Positions 52,545-64,000 of a DNA stretch of 64,000 nucleotides are shown one piece after another. The notes beneath the pieces are model-generated. The model was not told where the DNA came from, searched no databases, and saw only the letters and a list, made by a program, of their open reading frames with translations. Both the position numbers and the translations under genes were made by a program. This stretch comes from Octopus vulgaris (Eukaryota), in the NCBI GenBank assembly GCA_951406725.2, contig OX597818.1:103726001-103790000 (forward strand). The letters run 5' to 3'. Position 1 is the stretch's first letter, and each line of letters begins with the position of its first letter.

Positions 52545-53597
52545 TGGGACAAGAATGCAAAACATCCAGAAGACGATACAAAAAACACGAACGGTTTATT
52601 CAAAGCCTTTAATCTTCAGTCAAGAACCGGATCATCCTCGCAATTTCGGCTGACTAATCTTGAGATTGCTCCAATCTGGCCAGCCCCAAGTTAAAACTAA
52701 GCTAAGAGCATTAGGTTCCTTGGAAAAAAGTTTCGAATGTATACGAAAGAAGGAAGGAAAAGCGGACGATGTTACACGAATATAAATACAAAAATTATAC
52801 AAAAAAATAATGATAATAATAACAGGACATAACAACAGGCGTCTTTCGACTGGAGATGAATTGAATTCAGCTGGCATGTTAGGAATTAAGCCTTACGGCA
52901 GAGGAAAAGTGTCGATGTGACCGCGACTGCTGCCAAACGCAAAAAGCCCAGCAGTCAGCCAACAGTCACGTGAGAAGAGAAGACAGAGAAAAAGAGGAAC
53001 AAAGGAATTAAGGAGGGGAGAAGAGAGAGGAAAAGAGGAACAAAGAAATATATATATAAGTACTAGAATAAGCACTGGGCTTCCAAAGAATAGGTCCTGG
53101 GCTCGATTTGCTCGACTAAAAGGCGGTACTCCAGCATGACCACAGTCAAATGACTGAAACAAGTAAAAGAGTAAAGAGTATTGTTTTCTTCTGTGCATCA
53201 CGAAATATATTTCTCTGATAGTTTCATAGTATATCACTCAGCAAGAAAACCGCCATTAAGGTATAAGTGTTAGTGATATCCATGCTAATATAAAGGAAAA
53301 TGTCATGAAGGAATAATCCGCTTTGCCTATAAGCCGGGATTATATATCTGACCCTGTCAATATATGTTGACATACCGACTTCGAGAACCTAACATTCGTG
53401 CGGATTACGTATCCTTTATATATTTCCATAATTATTCTTTCATCATATATTTGTGGGCGCATATGCGTGTACGTTTGTATAGACACGCATATAAACAATT
53501 TAGAATTTGATACACATAGACACAGACACACATAAATATATACAGATAGATAAATAGATAGAGAGATGCATAGATAGAAATATATATATATATATAT

Positions 53598-54020
53598 ACT
53601 CTTTTACAATTTTACTTGTTTCAGTCATGTGATTGTGGCCATGCTGGAGCACCGCCTTTTTAGTCAAACAAATCGACCCCATGACTTCTTGTTTGTAAGC
53701 CTGGAATTTATTTTATCGGTCTGTTTTGCCGAACTTCTAAGTTACGGTGAGGATAAACACACCAGCATCAGTTGTCAAGCGATGTTGTGGGGACAAACAC
53801 AGACACACAGGCATATACACACACTTACATACATGCACACACACACACACACATATATATACACATATATACGACGGGCGTCTTTCAGTTTCCGTCTACC
53901 AAATTCACTCACAAGGCTTTAGTCGGCCCGAGGCTATAGTAGAAGACACTTGCCTAAGGTGCCACACAGCGGGACTGAACCCGGAACCATGTGGTTAATA
54001 AACAAGCTACTTATCACACT
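53598..54020 (-). mobile_element. SINE family B
   Basis: Reverse complement of the family B head, body and tail. Confidence 0.85.
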
Positions 54021-54194
54021 CCATACACACCACACACATATATATGTGCATATATGTATATGTTTGTATATATATCTATACGTATATATTATGTGTGCAC
54101 GTATTCCTGTCGGTGTGTGTGTTTGTGTGTTTGTGTGCGTGTGTGCGTATGTGTTTTTGTGTGTATCTATTATTTGTGTGCGTGTATACATATA

Positions 54195-55200
54195 CAAGTG
54201 TGGGCTGAAAAAGTCATAGACTAACCATGAAGGAAGGATGCGAGTGTTTTAAAATCTTTCATGCATTAATTTCAACTTTATTTTTTAATTACCGCACTGT
54301 TTGTTTCAAGGCAAACTCATCTGACTTTTAGGAGACTACTTCAAAATCATTTGGCGGCAACAACAGCTATGACGTCATCATCACTGTGATACTGGTTGTT
54401 AGCCATGTATTTTTATATTTCATATTGGGGAACAGATGATCGTGTTATTGACATAAATCAGGAGAGTAGTGACACGGTGGTCAACCTGTTGAAAGCCTGT
54501 CAAACACATCAGTTATCAAAACCAACGACTTGTGTGCTGGAGCATTGCTCTCATGAACTACATCATCATACAGTGTTTTAAATCCCTGTTTTGTCCCCGA
54601 TAACTGGCCTGGCCGGGTCTACCTAAATTCCACAGGAACCGATGGTGGCAGGTGCACCCCACCCCAACATTTGAGCTGGCTGGCTCCCATTCTCTTTTGC
54701 TATCATGAAGCTTTTTTGGAGCCGGACTTTCTACGGGGAACATGTCCTTGCTTACCCCTAAACTCAGTTTCTAGACATGAGTGGTCTCGAGACCAAAACC
54801 TCTACCACGATGATTAAGAAAGTTGGCAATATAATCTCCATTGATGGTATCATCCTTTTGAAAATACTCAATGAACACAATGCCCTCTGCGTCCCCCAGA
54901 AGCTGAGACCATCACCTTCCCGGCATATGAGACGAAATTGACCTTGTTTGGGGCAGGTGAGGTAGAGTGTTTCAACAGCATGAATTATCTGTTTGTCTCT
55001 GGCTCAAGGGATGAAAGCAACAGTTAAGAAAATTTCAGGGAAAGCGGATGGGTCTGTCTCAAACAATGTCAGATTTCCCCGCGATGTGGTCAGTTTGTTG
55101 TTCCTTTGGTCAGGTGTAAGAAGCCGTATCACCCACCGAGCAGAAACTTATCATGTTCAACGCGCAGAATAGTCCCAACTCCCTTACAGGATATGCTTGT
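54195..55200 (-). pseudogene. Decayed mariner (DD34D-type) transposase, with an unrelated insert at about 54573-54810
   Basis: Minus-strand motifs VSARWVIRLLTPDQ (WVPxxL), AGKVMVS, DAEGIVFIEYFQKDDTING, HESNAPAHKS (HxDNAPxH) and HLFPNMK. Confidence 0.85.
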
Positions 55201-55985
55201 AGTACATCCTTTGAGATATTGGCCCTGGCATTAAGGCAAAACCATATCTTTGAAATGTTTTCGCACTTTGCTTTTCATCTTTCTTGAAGTAAATATAAAC
55301 GGAATATGTCTTTTAAACTTTTCTTTTCTTAAGTGTTGTGTTTCACATATGGCTGTGCTATCGAGAAAGAAAAAGGGAACTTGTTTTGGAATAATTGTAC
55401 ATCGTGCTGGCGTTTTGGGCAATTTAGAATATTGACATATTCTTAAGGCATATGTTCCGAGGATGTAGAATACGTTTCGACAGTGTGAAATGTCAGCAAC
55501 AAGGTATGGTTGCCAAGTCAGTGGAAGATTTCGATCTTTAACATAATTTCCCAAACAGGACTACATTGAAATATTATTTCCGAATCTGACAGTTAATGAA
55601 GTTCATAAACAAGGTATGGTATAACCATAATTATATTATTAAGAAATGCATTTGATATTTTTGACTACGGCAAGCAGAAATGATTCCCTTAAAAGGGAAA
55701 ATAAGTTGCTTAAAATTATAGAAACCATACCATCAAGCACAATGTTAAATGAAGCGCAACTTTCGCGCCTTCTGCCGCAGACCCTTTCCGTCCTTAAATA
55801 CTACTAACAAAATGATTATCTATTTAGCAGCAGAATCTACGAGGAATCGCAGGTAACTTTCCTACATACGTTTTATATTGCATCTGAAAAACGATAAAGG
55901 GGACGCCATGTACAGTAGACCTTCAGCCCTTGTTCTTGGGTATTAGAGCTGATTGAGGCTAAATAGAAACGGCCAAAGGTATATA

Positions 55986-56499
55986 CAGTAAATCCTCGAG
56001 TATAATCCGCATTTTTCCCCAAAATTTAACGGTCAAAATCCCTAGTGCATACCAGGTTGAAAAGTTAAAATATTTTCTTGGCAATGTCCGAGTCTCTATT
56101 TGCTGTCCGGAAATTTTTATTCAGACGCATTTTGTGATGTCGGGCGCGAAAATACCTTAAACTAAGCCTGAAAGCAATGAAGCCATAAAAGAATCATCCA
56201 TAACTTGCAATGAGCAACATTTATTAAACGTTATTACTGTTATTATTGTTATTTCTTTATTTTCTACAAACAAAATGCACAAAAAAGCTACACGTTTGCA
56301 TTATGTTATATATAAAATAATAATAAAGGATATTATCATATACATTTTTAGAAACCAAGGACGTCATATAGACCTCCTTGACTCAAGTTAGAGAAGGGGG
56401 TGCGTATTATACACAAGGTTTAGGATTTTCAGAAGTACAGCCCCCTAAAAATCCCCTGCGTATTATACTGAAGAGCGGACTATACTCAAGAATATACGG
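55986..56499. mobile_element. Tc1/mariner-superfamily (pogo/Tc2-like) MITE
   Basis: TIRs cagtaaatcctcgagtataatccgc / gcggactatactcaagaatatacgg, with TA on both sides. Confidence 0.8.
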
Positions 56500-57310
56500 T
56501 ATTTTTCTTTATAAGTGGTTAGTGAAACGTTAGATTAATAGAGATGTCTACTACTATACTTTGCAACTGTATTAGATCGAAAACTATTAAGAAATATTTG
56601 TCTTTCAGATACTCTAAATAATTAACAGTTAAGAACGTTTGATAATCTGCACATAATAACTTTTATAAATTCGTCAGTATGTTTAAACTTTTATGCATAT
56701 TGCACAGAATTTGAGTTTATTATATTAAGTACTTTCAATAATTGGCTAGATTTTAATTGTAGCTACGTTTAAATCAGTGTATTTGCTGTTATCGCTCTTA
56801 ACATCTAAGAAAATGAATTAAATTCTTCTTTATTATAATGTTACCTACAGCTATTATGTACAGTTTATTAGGGGTTGAATGAGATAAATTTAAGTTGGGA
56901 ACTACTGCTTCAATTATATGTCAGAATTCGATGGCTCATTTAGTTACATTACGACATAAATTTAATATGAAACGTTATAGTAACTCCAGAAATAAATTAT
57001 AAATGCAATATAATAGACTACTGAACGATTAATGTTAGTATTCGGTTAGCTATCTCGAGTGCTTTTATTTTCGTATAGGAATAAATGCTGTTGATACTTC
57101 TAGTATCGGTTCTGTATTCTGCCTGCTCATATGAATGACAACATCCGAGAAATTTATGGTATCGACACATTTGCGTTTCAACAGATCAGTTGAATGACTT
57201 TCCGTTAGATAATATATATTCGTTTTCCGAACTAAAATTATTTCTATGAATAAAGACAAGCTAAGTTCGATAATATTCCCATTCATACTTCTATCTATCC
57301 ATCTATTTAT

Positions 57311-57427
<117 letters not shown>

Positions 57428-57451
57428 CATATATACATACATACACATGCG

Positions 57452-57496
<45 letters not shown>

Positions 57497-57505
57497 TTAT
57501 CATTA

Positions 57506-58050
57506 ATTTCATTCGGGTTCGATCTGCCAAGGGTTGTATTGCACTATCTTCTCATAGTAGATATTATTTTCCAACATGGAGAGTATTAAAGTTTTGTAGT
57601 ACTCTGTGTCCATCACCACTACCGCACTTCTTTTTTCGGCTTCTTTAATGGTGAGGCTTATTTCATTTTTTAACTCGATTAGGTCTTTCCATTCATTTAC
57701 ATTAAGGTTGGATTTAATTCGTTGTTTTTGAAGGGTATTAAAAGGAAAACTGGTAATGTGTTCACAAAAAGTATCAAGTGTTATATTTCTGCCTTTTGTA
57801 GGACAGCATTCATTTGTGATCTTCGCTGGTGTAGTTGTGAAATGCTTCTGTGAAGCATAAGTTTCGGCAGACATCCGTAGTGTTATCCTCAATTTCATTC
57901 GGGGTTCGATCTGCGAGGGGTTAAAGCTCTTGCTAGAATTTTCGTTTGTGTAACACTTAGATTTTCTTTGATAAGTTGATTATTTTCGGTTGTTCTTTTA
58001 CATTTTGTTCTATTTCTGATTTAGGTCTAAACACGGTTGTAGTAGGTGGG
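57506..58050 (-). pseudogene. N-terminal (DKG-region) fragment of a PLE RT ORF
   Basis: KSNLNVNEWKDLIELKNEISLTIKEAEKRSAVVVMDTEYY matches NL..E..L..L....IK.ADKG..VV.MD...Y. Confidence 0.8.
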
Positions 58051-58180
58051 TTGTTGTGGAAAGTCTGTATTGTGTTTGGTTAGCACTTACACAGCATTAC
58101 CTGACACCTTTGGGTCTTATTGACACCATTACCTCTCATAACATCTATATATATATATTTGTATGCATGTATGTTATTAG

Positions 58181-58211
<31 letters not shown>

Positions 58212-58294
58212 AAAATGAGGGTGAGAAATTAGATATTAATTCAACATCGATTTCAAAGCAGTGGTCTGAAGGTTCAGTAAAATTGTATTATATA

Positions 58295-58677
58295 CTAGCA
58301 GTATCGCCCTGCGTTGCTCGGGTTTGTAAGGGAAATAACTATATAAGCATTTTTAGAAAGTTATAGCAAAGAAATGCATTAAAAATGGAAAAAAATTATG
58401 CTAAATTTTATTAAAACTCGTTGACTCATCGTAGACATTTTTAGAGAGTTACTTCCCTTATATAATAGCGAAAAAATGCATTAAAATGGAAAAAAATTAT
58501 GATAATTTTTTTCAATCGTAGACTCATCGTAGACGCGCGCTAATACCCAGAAGGGCTCGATATGAATCACGACAATAAGATACCCGGTTTTGGTTAAACT
58601 GCACCGCAAAATGTGGGAGTAGTTAGGAATCTAAATCGTAGGAGTAGGACACACAACTTCTCTTTTATACATAAAGA
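58295..58677 (-). mobile_element. Non-autonomous Helitron with an internal duplication
   Basis: On minus: A|TC start, cccgagcaacgcaggg hairpin, then CTAG|T end. aaatgcattaaaa..gactcatcgtagac occurs twice. Confidence 0.75.
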
Positions 58678-58902
58678 TATATTAGGGGGAAACCACTATG
58701 TGGACACCCTTATGCTAGAAATAGATCCGCTATGGTCTTACCACTAAGAAATGTTCTCAAGAAAAATTTAGCAAAACAACAAAAACGTAATCGAGCAAGA
58801 CAAAAGAAAAAGCAATAAAAATATGGATTATTCTTAGTGGTAAGATCATAGTGGATCTATTTCTAGCATAAGGGTGTCCTCATAGTGGTTTCCCTCTAAT
58901 AT
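58678..58902. repeat. Fold-back with ~72-bp arms ending at (TA)n
   Basis: atattagggggaaaccactatgtggacaccc..ccactaagaa versus ttcttagtgg..gggtgtcctcatagtggtttccctctaatat. Confidence 0.85.
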
Positions 58903-59133
58903 GTATATATATATATATATATAATGATAAATATCAAAGTGAGTTATATACAGTAGCGGTAACACATCGTGGCGTATTTTTGCCATTTCAATATGGCTAA
59001 CCCCTAAGGGTGGATGCTACTGTAGTTTTTAGCCCCAGGAGGACACACTCCTCCAGCTGGCCATAGATACACTATCTGTGTCCTGTCAGTATTTGCAAAG
59101 GGAAGTCATCCTTCCCGTCTTCAACTTATGATA

Positions 59134-59178
59134 CACACGGACTCGAGTTTCGAGGTATTGACCTCTCGTCAGCGTGTG
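59134..59178 (-). ncRNA. Intact type-I hammerhead ribozyme
   Basis: CACACG-CTGACGA-GAGGT-caat-ACCTC-GAAAC-TCGA-GTC-CGTGTG. Confidence 0.93.
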
Positions 59179-59936
59179 ACAATCATAGTTGTCGCCGAAA
59201 ATCAGATTTCTTTCACAAATACTCACGATTTTTCCAGCGCTACTGTCGCTGATATTGAAAAAGTGAAATCAAACAATGATAAATATCAAAGTGAGTTATA
59301 TACAGTAGCGGTAACACATCGTGACGTATTTTGCCATTTCAATATGGCTAACCACTAAGGGTGGATGCTACTGTAGTTTTTAGCCCCAGGAGGACACACT
59401 CCTCCAGCTGGCCATATACACACTATCTGTGTCCTGTCAGTATTTGCAAAGGGAAGTCATCCTTCCCGTCTTCAACTTATGATACACACGGATCATCTAA
59501 TTGTGACAATCATAGTTGTCGCCGACACAAATACTTATACTTTTCCAGCGCCCACTGTCGCTGATATTGAAAAAGTCAAATCAAACAATGATAAATATCA
59601 AAGTGAGTTATATACAGTAGCGGTAACACATCGTGACCTCAATATGGCTAAACTCGAGTCCGTGTGTATCATAAGTTGAAGACGGGAAGGATGACTTCCC
59701 TTTGCAAATACTGACAGGACACAGATAGTGTGTCTATGGCCAGCTGGAGGAGTGTGTCCTCCTGCTAAAAACTACAGGCATCCAAGGGGTTAATATTGAA
59801 ATGGCAAAAATACGTCATGATGTGTTACCGCTACTGTATATAACTCACTTTGATATTTATAATTGTTTGATTTCACTTTTTCAGCGGGTTAAAAAGTATA
59901 AGTATATTGAAATCTAATTCTCGGCAAAATGATTGT

Positions 59937-59975
59937 CACACGCTGACGAGAGGTCACGAAACTCGAGTCCGTGTG
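59937..59975 (+). ncRNA. Hammerhead copy with a 6-nt deletion in stem II
   Basis: CACACG-CTGACGA-gaggtcac-GAAAC-TCGA-GTC-CGTGTG. Confidence 0.7.
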
Positions 59976-60278
59976 TATCATAAGTTGAAGACGGGAAGGA
60001 TGACTTCCCTTTGCAAATACTGACAGAACACAGATAGTGTGTCTATGGCCAGCTGGAAGAGTGTGTCCTCCTGGGGCTAAAACTACAGTAGCATCCACCC
60101 TTAGGGGTTAGCCATATTGAAATGGCAAAATACGTCACGATGTGTTACCGCTACTGTATATAACTCACTTTGATATTTATCATTGTTTGATTTCACTTTT
60201 TCAATATCAGCGACAGTCGCTGGAAAAAGTATAAGTATTTGTGAAGGAAATCTAATTCTCGGCGACAACTATGATTGT

Positions 60279-60323
60279 CACACGCTGACGAGAGGTCAAT
60301 ACCTCGAAACTCGAGTCCGTGTG
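60279..60323 (+). ncRNA. Intact type-I hammerhead ribozyme
   Basis: Identical to 59134-59178 on the opposite strand; predicted cleavage after C60317. Confidence 0.93.
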
Positions 60324-60486
60324 TATCATAAGTTGAAGACGGGAAGGATGACTTCCTTTGCCAAATACTGACAGGACACAGATAGTGTGTCTATGGCCAC
60401 CTGGAGGAGTGTGTCCTCCTGGGGCTAAAAACTACAGTAGCATCCACCCTTAGGGTTAGCCATATTGAAATGGCAAAAATACGTCA

Positions 60487-60521
<35 letters not shown>

Positions 60522-60596
60522 CACACAACACACAAACAGATAGCAGGAGAGAGAGGTAGGCAGACAGATAGATAGATAGATTAGATAGATATATAA

Positions 60597-60628
<32 letters not shown>

Positions 60629-61058
60629 CTATAGATATAGGTATTTTGATAGATACACGCATATGTATATATGTGTATGTGTGATGGCTGCGTATGGCGG
60701 GGTGGGTGCTGTGTTTCTGGATGCTAAAAACAAATTGTCAGCTAGACAGACGGTGACCTGCCTGGGAAAGAATTGAATATTTCTACTGCCATGGTAAATT
60801 ACATCCAGTGACTGATATCCTAAAAGTAAAAGCCTAATTGGGCAACCACTTCAAATACTGAGACAACACTAAAAAAAGAAGCTGTCGGTTAGCTACTTGC
60901 TGATCTTCATCTCTTAAAGCATCAGATTAAACTTAAGATATTATGTATCCTCGACATCCTAGATTTTCAAATTACATCGTTTTTGGATTCATTTATAGCT
61001 GAGTCAGGTGAATAGTAATAATGCCGACGATTATGACGATCATGATCATATAATAATG

Positions 61059-62153
<1,095 letters not shown>

Positions 62154-62379
62154 CAAACAATGCTTCAGTGGCATTAGCGTGTGCATCTACAGTTAAATAC
62201 AGACGAATATTTTTTTTATATATCATATATTTATATGTAAATTATATGTAACCGTATAATATCCATGCACGTATATATATATGATTTTATATGTGTATGT
62301 TTGCATCTGTATATGTATATACATGCAGATATGCATGAATTATGTATGTTTGTAAATATTCATATTCAAGTGTATGTAT

Positions 62380-62478
<99 letters not shown>

Positions 62479-62789
62479 GAGAGAGAGAGAGGGGACATCG
62501 TATTCTCCCTACGATGGGAATTTTTGCATGTTCAACTATAATTATTAACAGTCGGTATGAATAAAATATATAAACCTATAAGTTCATCTATGAAATTATG
62601 AACAGAATGTATCAAGGAACAGCTGTAATCTGGATGTTGACAACAAGCTGATTCATAGCAACTGAACAAATCTCCTTTAATATGACTCGGCGTCTTCTGA
62701 CATTAGTGGCAGAATATGTGCATTTGCTGTATGTATCTTTCATATACGGTAACGCGATATTCAGAATTTTGGATCTTCTTTTTTTTAAC

Positions 62790-62992
62790 TATCTTTTACT
62801 TGCTTTTGTCTTTTTAGTCATTTCACTGCGGTTATCATGGGGCACCACATTAAAGTTTTTTAGACGAGCAAATCGTCTAGTATTTATTCCAACGGTTTCG
62901 TTTGCCGAACCGCTAATTTATAGGAATGTAAACACATAACCACATTTTTCTAGCGGTGTTGGGACGGATAAATACAGACCCAGAGACACACA

Positions 62993-63081
<89 letters not shown>

Positions 63082-63250
63082 GTGTGTGTGTGTATGTATG
63101 TGTGTATGTATATATATACGACGGGCTTCTTTCAGTTTCCGTCTACCAAAGCCACTGACGAGGCTTTGGTTGGCCTGAGGCAAAAGTGGGTGCAATCAAG
63201 TGGGACTGAAATTGGAACCATGTGGTTGAGAAGCAAGCTTCTTACCACCC
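62790..63250 (-). mobile_element. Diverged SINE family B
   Basis: cgacgggcttctttcagtttccgtctaccaaa...ggaaccatgtggtt..aagcaagcttcttaccac. Confidence 0.75.
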
Positions 63251-63300
63251 TGTCACAGGGCAACAATTTTGAACATGATTTAGGCCGAGTCGGCTTTTTC

Positions 63301-63878
63301 ACTTGATTTAAACTAAAATCGGTATGCTGATTTCAAAATTACTGTCAGTTTTCTATCACGTCAAATCTTATTTTCTACAACGTTCTCGCGACTAATCACA
63401 GTGGTATTGTTTATCCATAATTAACAGTGTTGGTTATCTGCTTTCATTATTTAATTGATAAGTAGATTCCACACGTTCATCATGGATGATGTTATTTACA
63501 AAAAAATTAGGCCTGTTATGTAAACATGAGATGGTTAAAAGAAATGCGTATATATATACTTATATGTATATACTAATACATATTTAGACAAATGCATATA
63601 TACGTGGTTTCGTAACCACAAACCTACTTACACATGCGAGTGGGCAACAATTGTGAACATGTTTGTGCACTTGATTTAAAGCGATAAAATATGCTGATTT
63701 CAAAATTTCACTGTCATGCTTTTATATCGCGTCAAATCTTATTTTCTACAACGTTCTCGCGACATATATCACAGTGGTATTGTTTATCCATGAAATTAAT
63801 CAGTGTATGGTGTATCTGCTTTCATTATTTGAATTGATAAGTAGGATTCCACACGTTCATCATGGATGATGCTTATCC
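63301..63878 (+). repeat. About 200-bp direct repeat (63301-63500 / 63669-63878)
   Basis: acttgatttaaa..atgctgatttcaaaatt..ccacacgttcatcatggatgatg occurs twice; the copies differ mostly by 1-nt indels. Confidence 0.85.
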
Positions 63879-64000
63879 AAAATTCTGTATACCTCCTTTT
63901 CCTTAATATATAAAAACTGTACACAAATAGAAACAATATATGCAAGTACAGATAAGCAATAGTTGAGAGCCTCCCAGACTCTAGATTATTCATCCAGGAG

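Larger units (their letters stand above)
58923..60488. mobile_element. Retrozyme-like array: ~350-bp hammerhead-containing monomers, tandem then inverted, between (TA)n tracts
   Basis: Unit starts at 58923, 59275 and 59587; orientation flips at about 59651; at most one HHR per unit; no meaningful ORF. Confidence 0.88.

Noticed and set aside
55548-55620. Possible host exon (cag|GACTAC...ACAAG|gtatgg; DYIEILFPNLTVNEVHKQ)
   Set aside because: Only splice-like dinucleotides; no recognisable protein or partner exons.
59128-60371. Repeated short ORFs in the retrozyme units
   Set aside because: About 60-76 aa, on both strands, broken by indels between units, with no domain similarity; incidental.

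Overview
AT-rich animal DNA made almost entirely of repeats. The tRNA-derived SINE families and the (TA)n/(TAA)n/(CA)n microsatellite load look like an octopus or other coleoid cephalopod genome (inference). I found no host protein-coding exon I can support; most short ORFs in the track are microsatellite read-through. Real coding remnants are a 5'-truncated Penelope-like element (PLE; RT plus GIY-YIG, 25414-27392, minus), a near-intact R4/Dong-type RT-REL LINE inside (TAA)n (39160-42500, minus), further PLE, R4, CR1 and mariner fragments, two non-autonomous Helitrons, MITEs and a 26-bp satellite. The main unexplained signal is RNA-level. Type-I hammerhead ribozyme (HHR) motifs with palindromic stem III recur in several unrelated (TA)n-inserted fold-back elements. 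The best case is a tandem/inverted array of a ~350-bp, highly structured, non-coding HHR monomer at 58923-60488. It looks like a non-LTR retrozyme (candidate circular RNA) with the same inverted-arm-plus-tail footprint as the protein-coding PLE in this window. All structures were read by eye; nothing was computed.
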